Positions 1 to 10,600 of a DNA stretch of 64,000 nt are shown piece after piece. The position numbers and the translations under genes were made by a program. The stretch's first letter is position 1. Each line of letters starts with the position of its first letter. The notes under the pieces are model-generated. The model did not search any database and was not told the origin of the DNA. It worked only from the letters and a program-made list of their open reading frames with translations. Origin of the DNA: Macrostomum hystrix (Eukaryota > Animalia > Platyhelminthes); contig CATNEN010000039.1 in assembly GCA_950097015.1 (NCBI GenBank), positions 14,384,001-14,448,000 of the forward strand, written 5' to 3'.

Positions 1-1800
1 AACAAAAGAAGTTCATATTCTGTAAAAACAAAAAAATTAGCTAAAATAAGGTGTCAACGCTTTGTACAAGATAACTTTATTTTTAAACGAAGTTTCAAAT
101 TGAAGCGAGTCGCTGAAAGTTAAGTTTTTTGTCTTCGTTTGATTGTCATGACTGTCAACTGCGAGCAGATTTTTGCGACCTCGATGTTAAAGCAAGCATG
201 ACCTACACCTGTTTTTAGCATCTTAATTTAAACTAATTTTTTAACTATTTAGAATATCTCTGCTTTTGTTTTTATATATTGCTTTTTTAATTATGAAAGA
301 CAATTCGCTTTGCATGACTTTCGCTTTAATTTTAGTTTTTTGTATAAGTTTCACATCTTTCACAACTTTACATCGATTTTTCTATATATTTATTGTAAAA
401 GCGCCTCATTGGTCAAATCAAACTAGCGCGCGAAATGTTTTATATATATGTTTGAGGGCTCTTTCTTATTATTTAACTTCAGCAATATTAAACCAGTAAC
501 AGTTATAATTTTTTTCTTATATATCAGAGTATTTGTTAACTCTATGGTAGCATGCGAGTGTCCGAGCGGTAAGACAATTTTTATACGAGCGTACTTAGTA
601 ATATGAATAACTCAAATATGTATATTTTACTTCGCACCGGATATATTAGTGACACAAACTTTTAATTATTTCAGTCCCAATAAATGGCTACCAGTGGATC
701 GGGGGGTGTCCAATCTTACACACACTCACCCTCTTATTCGGAATTACTCCTTATTTCATCTATTCCACTTTGCAAATCTGCAATATTTGAATCCCTTCTG
801 AGCTTTCTGTCTAATTTCGATCCAACCTGGATATCTCAGTTCAGTACGAATTCTCGCTTATGGCATACACTTTCCAGCTTGTAGCCTTTAGATAAATAAT
901 AAATAAGAAAAAACTGTTTATTTGCTTAAACAGCTTGCTTTCACGAACTTGCGGGAGAGACGCCAGTTGCGTCTAAAATTGCTTGTATATATTGAGTTTT
1001 TTGGACATGGACGGACATGGTTATAACAAAAGCGTCAAATAAACAAAATATTTAATTCTACGGTAGCGTTACGTTTCTAAGAAATACAAAATTTAAATGT
1101 AGAAATACGGCATTAATCACAGCTTCTACATATATTCCTTTTATATGCTACAAATCTATACATAATTTTTGTTTTACGCCACTAATATAAAATATACTGG
1201 GAGTATTCAATATGATTTTAGTATACTCGTAAATATAGAGGGGTTTTTGTATAGGAAGCTAACCGTTGGGCCAACCATTAAATTGGAAGCTTAAACAGTT
1301 CAAGTCACTTCGTGAGAATATTCCAAAGCCTTAAATTATTTCTAAGTGTGAGTGAAAGCTGTCAACACCGATCCGGGGAAAGCCCGAGAAAGACTGGTCA
1401 GAGAGCCTGACATATCTGAAGTATTCAGAAGCACTCAGAGATATCTCTAGAAATAAAGCTAGATCCAGAATCTAGAGAACCACTGGCAAGAGGCCAGAAT
1501 CTATCGTGTAGAACGCCACGCTACCCAAACTATCAGGATAGTTTGTTCGACCACCTAGAAGGGTGTGTATGATGCCTAACTGAGTCATGGACAAGCGACT
1601 GGAGTTATGAGATAATTAAATAAGAGAATATTATGCAGCATTAATATTAGTGTCCAATCGGTGTTCGCTGATTGGTTGTAAACACCCACCCAGACACCCA
1701 CCCCTCCGCCTTGTGCTGGGTCGTATTTCAGCCGGCGCCCGCGTGCTGCCCAGCCTTGTCTCTTCGCGCTGCGTGGTGTGAAATTTTCTCTCTTACTGCA

Positions 1801-2877
1801 ATGGCTGAGCTTCCAATTGACCGGCTTACGGCTCGCCAGTTAAGAGACCGCCTGATTCAACTTGGCCTGCCTAGCAGCGGTCGCAAGCGTGAACTGCAAG
1901 TCAGACTGGAACAATCTAGTTTAGCCAGCCGAACCACACGCCGTGTGCAGCAAAGGTCAACCGCATCGGCCCAAGTCGAGGACGACGGCAGCACCTGCAG
2001 CGAAGAGGACGGCGAGGCGAACCCGGACCGGGCGAGTGATCTGGGAGGCGGCGACGACCTGGACCAGAGGATAGCCCGACAAGAGAAGCTGCTCCGCCTG
2101 AGAACGCTTCAGCGCCAAACAGCGGAGATCGAAGCCGAGCTTGGAAAGGACGGCCAGCGCAGACAGAGTGGTAAGTCGACTAGCCCGATGCTGCTTAACC
2201 AAACCCTCAGTGCCCACGAGCCGGAGCAGCATCTGCCAGTGCCAGACTGGGAACTCCCCGGCAGCTACACTAAGCCAGCTGCCACCTCGAGGCCTCTGCT
2301 GGTGAGAGACTTCATCGATCGTGACTTCGAGGAGCCTGCGCCCCAATCAGCGAAGACTAGAGCCCGAACTGAGAACATCACGGCCGGCCAGTGGGTCGCA
2401 GGCAGCGGCCGCATCCTGCTGAGACTGCTTGACGACGGTGCCCTAGTCACAACGAGAAACGGCACAATGGATTTGAGTGAGCTGAAAGCCTATGTGCGGT
2501 ATTGCGTGCAGTTCGGCGAGTTTATGCATCAGGGCTTCAGCCAGGCCGCCCTCAACGACTACGACGAAGACTTCAGGATCATGCAGCACCAGACCAGCGG
2601 CAGCTGGGAACGGGAGTCGTTGCAGCTGCTGTCCAAGCACATTCTGGCGCCTAAATCCAATCCTGCTGGCAGTTCGACCTATTCGCGGCCTGGTTTTAAG
2701 TTCAGCAAAATGAGAAACCAGACAAGCGGCTTGGTCGGCCCAACCGACGCTGAAGGTCGGGAGCTGTGCGTCAAATTCAACCGAAACAGCTGCCACAGAC
2801 GCGACTGCAAGTTCAGACACGCGTGCTCTGCCTGCTACGCGGCACACCCGCGCCAGCTCTGCACGTCAAAAAACTAG
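1801..2877 (+). CDS. Gag-like protein with N-terminal SAP domain, coiled coil and C-terminal CCCH/CCHC-type zinc fingers
   Basis: ATG at 1801 (MAELPIDRL). LTARQLRDRLIQLGLPSSGRKRELQVRL fits the SAP motif. CVKFNRNSCHRRDCKFRHACSACYAAHPRQLC is the Cys/His finger typical of Ngaro gag. TAG at 2875-2877. Confidence 0.85.
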   Translation: MAELPIDRLTARQLRDRLIQLGLPSSGRKRELQVRLEQSSLASRTTRRVQQRSTASAQVEDDGSTCSEEDGEANPDRASDLGGGDDLDQRIARQEKLLRLRTLQRQTAEIEAELGKDGQRRQSGKSTSPMLLNQTLSAHEPEQHLPVPDWELPGSYTKPAATSRPLLVRDFIDRDFEEPAPQSAKTRARTENITAGQWVAGSGRILLRLLDDGALVTTRNGTMDLSELKAYVRYCVQFGEFMHQGFSQAALNDYDEDFRIMQHQTSGSWERESLQLLSKHILAPKSNPAGSSTYSRPGFKFSKMRNQTSGLVGPTDAEGRELCVKFNRNSCHRRDCKFRHACSACYAAHPRQLCTSKN

Positions 2878-5210
2878 ATTGCGGCCGGCCGGGGGACTTG
2901 ATCGACGGCCCCACTGCACCGGCCGATTCTGACAAGGTCGATCACCCGCTCCCCCCTGGCCGGCCTCAAGCTAAGCCCATCGAGTCTGTTGCCTTCTCCT
3001 CTGACCTTATCAGCGCCGCCTGGGATGCCGAGCTGCTCGGCGATCCCGATCGTGACTTCCTGCTGAACGGTGTTCGCAACGGCTTCCGACTCACCTGCCC
3101 CAGTGCCCCTGACAATCAGCCTAATAGCACTTGCTCTCAGAACTACTTCTCCGCTGACAGTAATCGGCAACTGGTCGAGCAGCAGGTGCGGGAAGAAGTG
3201 GCCAACGGCCGTTATGTGAAAGTCAGCAACAAGCCGGACGTCGTCAGCGCCCTCGGTGCCATCCCGAAAGGGAACAACAAGATCCGGCTGATCCACGACT
3301 GCTCGCAACCTCCGGACCTCTCGCTGAACAGCCGTTTCTCCTCTGACTACCAGATCAAGTTTGAGACTGTCAGCCAGTTCACTGCCAAGCTGCAGCCGGG
3401 TTGGTTCATGGCGAAGGTCGACCTGGCCAATGCTTACCGCAGTGTCGGAATCAGTCCCCACGACTTCCGCTACACTGGTCTACAGTGGAAGTTCAGCGAT
3501 CAACCGGGCCCGATGTACCTGTGCGACACGCGCCTGCCATTCGGCGCGGCAGCTTCAGTGGAAGTCTTCCACCGCCTCAGCCAGTCCATCAAGCGCATGA
3601 TGCAGCGACGCGGCTTCAGCAACATCGGGAGTTACCTCGACGACTTTGCTGTGGCGGCAGAAACCGAGATCGCCTGCCAGCAAGCTCTGGACACTCTGCT
3701 TCATCTGCTGCGGCGTCTAGGCTTCTCCATCAACTGGAGCAAAGTAGCTCCACCGTGCACTAGGCTGGTGTACCTGGGCGTCATGATTGACACCAACAGC
3801 GGCCTGCTAGAGCTCCCAAAGGACAAGCTCGAGGCCACGAAAGCGCAGCTGCAATCCGCACTCTCGCACAAGCGCATCACCAAGCGCCAGCTCCAATCTC
3901 TCTGTGGCCGCATTAACTGGGTTTGCCAGGTCGTCCGTATCGGGAGGTGTTTCCTGAGGCCGCTCCTGCTGGAACTCAATAAGCTAAAGCAGCACTGCCA
4001 CAAACTGCGCATGCACAACGACCTCCGCGAGACCATCCTCTGGTGGCTTGCCTGCCTGGCCAAGACCCCCAGCTGCCGCATTTGGAGGACCGCCGGGCCA
4101 GCCTGGGCAATCGAGTCGGACGCATCCAATTGGGGAGGCTGCGGCATCATCCGCGGCCCAGGCGTCACTAACTGGCTCATCATCGACTGGCAACGTGATA
4201 GCCAGGAGCTCGAAACTCTGCACATCAATTTTAAGGAGAGCCTCGCGCCCGTGTTCACGGCTCTGCACTTTCAACAACAGCTGCAACCAGGAAGCAACCT
4301 GGTGATCTACTCGGACAGCACGGCCGCTGTCGGCGCCATCAACAAAGGCTCCTCGCCGAACCCGATTGTCAACACAGCCCTGCAGCAGCTCGCGCTTCTC
4401 GCCGCTCACCACGATCTCGTTATCCAAGCCTTCCACGTGCCTGGGACGTTCCAGATCTTTGCGGACAGCGGCAGTCGCGCAGATGACATCAGCGAGCTGG
4501 CAAATTTTCTGCTCCGGCTCTACGGCACAGTGGACATTAAAACTGACAACCTTCATGAGCACACCCTTTCGTCCGCCTCCCGCCAATTCCTTTCTTTGCA
4601 GATCGCTCGCCTACGGTCTCGGGTTCGCACCTCAGCCGCCGCTACCAAGAGCTCTGCAGCCTGGCCTTCGCAGGCACCACAGCGCGCTCCTACCGCTGCC
4701 AAATTGCCTCCTGGCAACGCTTCTGTAAGCGAACGCGCATCGACAGCACCAGACCGTCAGCACAGCAGATCGCGCACTACGTCATCGTGCTGGCTGACCG
4801 CCTCACATCGCATGCCAGCATCGGTGCATACCTTAACGCCGCCGACCTGTACTGCAAGCTGCAGACTGGCCGCGGCCTCCCAAGCGACCCTCGCATCGAC
4901 CTGCTCCTCCGCGGCGTGCGACGCAAGCTGGCCAAGCCACCCGCGCGCAAGGCTCCAATCAAGCCAAACCACCTGCTCAAACTGCGGGGAGTACTGCAGC
5001 TGCATATTCCGGAGGACGCAGCCTTCTGGGCGGCTGTACTGGTCGGATTCTGGGGCCTGCTGCGGCGCGCAAACCTGTGTTGCCCGACCCCAATGCCGCC
5101 ACCGGGAGAGGCCATCATCGTTGAAGACCTACGGCTGGGCTCGGACCTGGCAATCCTGCATGTCCGCAAGTCCAAGACCAACCAGTTCCGCGAGCGAGTG
5201 CACCGCGTAG
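2766..5210 (+). CDS. Reverse transcriptase / RNase H (pol), probably reached by -1 frameshift at 2868-2874
   Basis: RT motifs KIRLIHDCS, AKVDLANAYR, RLPFG, YLDDF, YLGVMID. RNase H motifs SDASNWG, INFKE, YSDSTAAV, HVPG..ADSGSR. No in-frame ATG near the ORF start; the frame is -1 relative to gag. Confidence 0.92.
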   Translation: MRQIQPKQLPQTRLQVQTRVLCLLRGTPAPALHVKKLDCGRPGDLIDGPTAPADSDKVDHPLPPGRPQAKPIESVAFSSDLISAAWDAELLGDPDRDFLLNGVRNGFRLTCPSAPDNQPNSTCSQNYFSADSNRQLVEQQVREEVANGRYVKVSNKPDVVSALGAIPKGNNKIRLIHDCSQPPDLSLNSRFSSDYQIKFETVSQFTAKLQPGWFMAKVDLANAYRSVGISPHDFRYTGLQWKFSDQPGPMYLCDTRLPFGAAASVEVFHRLSQSIKRMMQRRGFSNIGSYLDDFAVAAETEIACQQALDTLLHLLRRLGFSINWSKVAPPCTRLVYLGVMIDTNSGLLELPKDKLEATKAQLQSALSHKRITKRQLQSLCGRINWVCQVVRIGRCFLRPLLLELNKLKQHCHKLRMHNDLRETILWWLACLAKTPSCRIWRTAGPAWAIESDASNWGGCGIIRGPGVTNWLIIDWQRDSQELETLHINFKESLAPVFTALHFQQQLQPGSNLVIYSDSTAAVGAINKGSSPNPIVNTALQQLALLAAHHDLVIQAFHVPGTFQIFADSGSRADDISELANFLLRLYGTVDIKTDNLHEHTLSSASRQFLSLQIARLRSRVRTSAAATKSSAAWPSQAPQRAPTAAKLPPGNASVSERASTAPDRQHSRSRTTSSCWLTASHRMPASVHTLTPPTCTASCRLAAASQATLASTCSSAACDASWPSHPRARLQSSQTTCSNCGEYCSCIFRRTQPSGRLYWSDSGACCGAQTCVARPQCRHRERPSSLKTYGWARTWQSCMSASPRPTSSASECTA

Positions 5211-5594
5211 TCCTGCCACGCCTTCGACGCGAGGCGCAGCACCCGCTCTGTCCGGTGGCAGCGCTGCGACACCACCTGCACGCCAACCAGCCCGTCCCTG
5301 CTTCAGCCCATCTCTTCGCTTTCCGCCATTGCGGTGGTCTCGTGCCAATGACCGCCACCCGGTTCTACCGCCTGTTTCGCCGCGCAGTCAACCTCGCCGG
5401 CCTGGGAGGTCTATCGCTCTCGCCACACAGCCTTCGTCGCGGTGGTGCCTCCCTAGCCTTTCGGGAAGGCATCCCGCTGCCCGTCGTCAAGGCGCTGGGA
5501 GACGCGGAGCTCGGCGGTGGAGGCGTACCTTGGGTTGGAGTCGGGCCTCGACCTGCAACTGGCCGCTGCTCAAGAGCTATCAGCGTGCGTTTGA
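4602..5594 (+). CDS. Tyrosine recombinase (YR) of the retroelement; this copy is frameshifted at ~5504
   Basis: Open frame from 4604: AFAGTTARSY..WQRFC (N-terminal binding domain), GFWGLLRRANL (catalytic R), KSKTNQ (K), LCPVAAL, HSLRRGGAS (HxxR). The C-terminal GD[W]RSSAVEAYL with the catalytic Tyr (5526-5528) lies in another frame ending TGA at 5592-5594. Confidence 0.85.
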
Positions 5595-6904
5595 CCCTTG
5601 GTGTGTCGCTGAAATATTCTTTGTGACCTCCTTCTTTGTACTCGCTGTGGACCAAGTGCTTCTGCCTTCTGTATTTTTGCTTTCGCGTTTAGTTGTCGTT
5701 TGCTATGCTCGCTGGTCTTGCTGTAACTTTTTTTACACTTTCAACCATTTTGTGTTTTATGTTTTAGCTCAGTTTTAAGTGCGTACCGGTGTCACCCTCT
5801 TTTGCTTTTCGTGTTGCGTGCCTCCCTCCTTCCTCTTCTTTTTTTTGGGTTTGGGCCATAGACGGTGCCCTTCCCTCGTTCGCTCTCTGCTATGTCGCAA
5901 CTGCTGTCTCTGTCTGCCTTCGTGTCTGGGAGTGTGGTGTTTAGTAAGTAATAGTATCACGAAAAGAGGCCAACAACATTTTACATTTTACATTTTACAT
6001 TTTTTAAACTCAGACATTGGGCAAACGATGAAGAAATCAATAACAATCAAATACTTGCGTAGCTTCTTACAAACAATTGACAAGTATAAGCAAATCTTTA
6101 CTTGCTAAATTAAACGAGAAAACTTCTAAAATGTATTATTATGGGCGTTCGTCTTTATAATTTTTTCGTGCATTTTGTTTATACAGATATATATACTGGA
6201 CATGGGCCCCAATTACATTAAAACTCACGAGAACAAGATCGAGGCGATCTGAGCAAGAGAATGAGTTCGCAAATAATTCCGCTTCAAATATTCAAGAATT
6301 CAAATACGTACAAACAACAATATTAGTTTTTCTGTACAAATTGTGCAGCTCGTGGTGACGTGGCCGGTTAATAAAAACAAAAGTAGAAAATTTATCTAAA
6401 TTTAAAATAAAGAAGCAAAAAATATCATATCCACAATATTCTTTGAAGAAGAAGCGTTTCTAGTTAATGCACAATCGAAAATTGATAATCAAAAGCTAAA
6501 TAATGTGCTTTTCAAGTGCTAACTTGATCACGAACGCACGAGCAAAATTATGTTCAAATAGTAGGCTCGTATTAAAAAATAAAAAAGCAAATTTATTTTA
6601 CTTACACAGGAGGCCCTGCAGCCGAAGCCAGCTGTAAATTTAGTTTGTTTGCATTGAATTTACAGCAAAAAAACAGATGGCAATGTACAGAAAGCATAGA
6701 AAATTGTAAGTCACAATGCGGCTAAAAATGTTTAACTTGTTTGCTGTTTGTTGCACTTGAAAGGCACGCTAAAGTTTAATTTGTGTATAAATTAAACATT
6801 AGAAAGCCAAATGGTATTTCAATACCCTTGTATTCTCAGTATCGCCCAAAATATTCAACCAATCACCTCAAGAGTCAAGAACACGAAATAAAAGTTTCCG
6901 CTCT

Positions 6905-7370
6905 ATCCGATGAAACAGCTTCCAGAACCACAAAACACCGGTATCGTCGAGTTATTTTAACAATTCTCGTCGGCTTGTCTGATGGCAAAAAACCTCGAAT
7001 ATAGTCATGATAAATTTTTCTGCTCACAAAATTTAATCATGTACCATGTCGTCTATTATTGTTGATTAGGCTGTATTGATTACTTCACGAAGTATATTGT
7101 TAAGTATATATATTATTATATAACTATGAATTATTATATTATATTAATTATTAATTAATACATTATAAGTAAATTAATTAGTTAATTATTATTATATATA
7201 ACATTATTTAACCAATATTAAGTGCGGAAAATTTGATCCGTGCACATGCAGGACGTGCACGAAAATCGGTCATTCGGTTTGGTAGATATCGTGAAGTATA
7301 GGCTGTGGATGTTTGAAATCCATCGTTTCCAAGGGGGAAAATAGCGTGGACTTTCTACTGTGAATTATAT
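6905..7370. repeat. Dispersed non-coding repeat family C (probable non-autonomous DNA element)
   Basis: 6905-7068 is the reverse-complement homologue of 30325-30478. 7220-7335 shares GGTCATTCGGTTTGG and TTTGAAATCC blocks with 16385-16500. Confidence 0.55.
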
Positions 7371-7582
7371 TCGTAGAATGTAGGCTAAAATATTTTGATA
7401 ATTTGAGTGAACATCATTTGTGCAAATGTAAATCGAGTCTTTATCTAATATCTCAAAGCGCTAATTAATGAAAAGAAACACAGTGGAAAGAAAAAAATTC
7501 ATAACAGATTTTCAGTTTTTTTCGAAACGCAAAACCTGGCCAAATTGTGTGATCCTTGAGCTACAGGTGTAACTGCACTGCA

Positions 7583-7656
7583 CTACAAGACCTCTCGTTT
7601 TGGTGTTGCGTAGCACATTTGAGGATCCTCGTAGCACAATGGCTGCAAAACCTGCT

Positions 7657-7687
<31 letters not shown>

Positions 7688-10600
7688 AGGATGATGGAAC
7701 GCTTGGTGTTGCTGCTGTTGCTGCGAAAAGTAGAACTGAGTGGCGGCAAAAGACGTTCCGGACGACTGCCCAGGGCTGTCCTGTCCACTGTCTGGACTCG
7801 GTGTGAGAAATCCTCCAGCTGATAGGTGTTGCTGCTGCTGCTGCTGAGACGGCAGCTGCTGGTACTGAGGCTGCAGACTTGAGTAGCTAACTAGACGCCC
7901 AGTTTTGTGAGGCGGCACCGGCGGTGGCTGCAGAGGATGCTGCATCTGTGGCGGCGAATCTTCTAAACCAGTGTGCGATGGTGGCGTCGGGTAGTGGTGC
8001 AGCGGATAGTGCTGCTGCGCCTGCGAATTTCGATTTTGACGTGGCGTAAAAACTTATTTAACAGGCATTTATTTGGTATTAGTAGATACATGCTGAGCTC
8101 ACAAAACCTAAAGTCATCCAACCTTCATGAGTGCCTTTTTATAACAGTAGAATGTTTCATCTGCTCGGCTTAACTTTTGTATTTCTACCAACCTGATGAT
8201 AGTCGCTATGAGACACTGGCAGAGACTGTGGCGGCAGAGGTGGCGGAGGCGGCGGCGGCGGTGGCGGCGGCTGCATCGGCAGGGGAGAGCGCAGCATGCG
8301 AGCAATGTCCATGTGGAGCCGAGCTTCGGCAGCCTGGGCGGGGCTGCGCCCGCAGGCGTCGCAGGCGTCCCGATTGGCGCCGGCCTCCAGCAGGCGAGCG
8401 GCTGCGCCGGCGGCGCCTTCGTGCGCTGCCAGGAAGAGCGGCGTCCGTTCCTGCGAGTCCGGCGGGTCCCGGTTGGCACCGCGGCAGAGCAGTAGCGAGA
8501 CCAGGTCCCCGGAGTTGACGGACGCTGCCCAATGGAGCGCTGTCTTACCATTGTTGTCAGCTGCGCTGGGGTCGACCTGGCAAGGTAGGTTTAGTGAAAA
8601 TTCCAAATTAAAAATCATATCAGTGGTAGTTGCCGGTCTAGTGTCATCAGTTGGCTGTCACCGACTAGACTTAAAGCCAGCAAGGATCCAACTCTGTTCA
8701 TTTCACTGACTCCTGAGCACACGCACTCAGATAATGTACGCAGGCATGGATACTGCCTTACTGTTTTTCCTTTTCAAGCTGTTTACACTCCATTGCACCT
8801 TGGAGGGGTTGGCGCTCAAGGGTGTAAATAGCACGAAAAGACCCAAGACTTATGTCCAAATGAATGTGGCCTCGCCGCGTAATTGAGCTTGGACCTTGGT
8901 GCGAGAGGCAAACACACTTAGGCGGGACCTCTCACCTCTGAGCTTTGGGTCTTGTATACGTGCAGAAAATGACGCTTTGCAAAATTCTAACCGACTACTT
9001 TAAGTAGTCTACTGAAGAAATTAAATTGATATTTAATTTACGTCTTGTTGTATGGTAATCACCTGTGGGCAGGCTAGCAGTGACGAGGCAATGTCCAATT
9101 CGCAATATTTTGCTGCCACAATCAGTGGCGTCGAACCGTCATCCGCTCGGGCGTTCAAGTCGGTTCCGACGGAGCTCATCAGCAGCAGGGCCGCGCCGTG
9201 CGCTCCGGACGCGATGGCTAAGTGCAGCGGTGTCCTGCCAAACTGGTCGGCAGCATTGGAATCGGAACCTGTCTCGAGCAGGTGGCGCGTGGCATCTGCA
9301 CGGCAGTGGCGGGCGGCCAGGTGTAGTGGAGTCTCAACCGCAGCCATGGACAGTTCAGCTGTTGACGCCGATGCCGTAGCCATCGTTGCTGCCATCGACA
9401 TATTAGTAGATGGAATCGAAGTCAACGGCTCGAGAAGACCGGACGAATCGAACGGCTGTAGAATTTTGAAATTTTTGAATTAGGAAACAGCAGCTTAAAA
9501 GTTTGATTTTAAGGGAAACTAAGCTAGCTTTTTATCTTAGTTCAATTTTTAATTGCCACTTTCTTGTGCCATGTCTGACATTAGGAGTAGCAACTCACCG
9601 TATCCTCGTACTTCGCCCTCTTGCACACCGTTGGCCCAGAACTCGTCAGAAGCCGACACGTCACGCTGCCACCGCCGCCTGCGCTGCCACTGTCGCCAGC
9701 GTACTTCCCACCGCTGCACTGAACCATTGTCTCCAACGGTGATGAAGATGAAGACAGGGAAAACGACATCGAAGACGAGTCCTGGCAGGTCGCGGCGCCG
9801 GTGGCAGCTCCAACGTGGTGAGACCCGGCGTTGGATCGAAATCCAGGCGGATACCAGATGCCCCGCGAGGCGATTCGCCTTCGCCTGGCTGCCATGTAGA
9901 GCACCCCGGCTAGCAGAGCGCAAGCCATCAGGCTGCACAGTCCGATCAGTAGAGCGACCAGCTTTCCTTGTCCTGAGGGTGGCAATGTTGTCGGCGGCTG
10001 TGGCAACACGCCCAGCACCGCCACGGGAAGAAGAGGTTGAAGCTTCTTCCGACGCATCAGCTCAGTCAGCATACGACCTGCTTCGCGTCCTAACTTAGAC
10101 GTTAAGTGGCAACCGCCTCCATCACCGCCACCACTGCCAATGCACCCGACGGCACGAAGGCTGAGCAGAAGGCTACCATCAATGCTATCATCTTTGATGT
10201 CGCCTTCGTTGCGCAGAATAAGGCGAAGGCTGCCAGACAGTTGACGCAGAAGTTGTGGAAGCTCTTTCTTCAGACGTTCGCTTGAGGCGTTCACACTCAA
10301 AGCTATCACAGCTTGGCTCGGTGCGGAAGTAGACACAAGGCAGTCGCCGCCGTCTAGCTGGCAGGCCGTTGTGTTACAGCTGCGGTCGCAGACGCCGTCA
10401 CCGAAAACGCCCGAGCACAAGGCTGCTATGCCGGCGGGACATTGCGGGAGCTTTGCGGCGCAGTCGAAACCGTCGTGCAGGCAGGCACCAGACGAGGCGC
10501 AAACGTGGTCGCAGTGGCCGTCGGCAAAGACGGTGCGACATCTAGGTCGCAGTTGCGGCGGACAGTCCGCCCAAGGTTCTTGCGAGTCGTCTGTTTCACC

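Larger units (their letters stand above)
1650..5975 (+). mobile_element. Ngaro-like (DIRS order) tyrosine-recombinase retrotransposon, near full length
   Basis: Three overlapping GC-rich ORFs in the order gag (CCCH finger) - RT/RNase H - tyrosine recombinase, with no DDE integrase or protease, embedded in AT-rich flanks. Boundaries approximate; followed by an (ACATTTT)4 tract at ~5976-6005. Confidence 0.9.

Noticed and set aside
643-714. ATATTAGTG and GTGTCCAATC words matching the element's 5' boundary at ~1645-1659
   Set aside because: Short, split matches in AT-rich DNA; insufficient to claim a terminal repeat or target duplication.
1360-1620. Possible solo LTR upstream of the YR element (starts TGTCAACA, contains AATAAA)
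   Set aside because: No matching second copy, terminal inverted dinucleotides or target-site duplication could be identified.
1957-5358. Several antisense ORFs of 130-200 aa within the retroelement (likewise opposite Notch and spastin exons)
   Set aside because: Shadow ORFs expected from GC-rich codon usage; no recognisable motifs.
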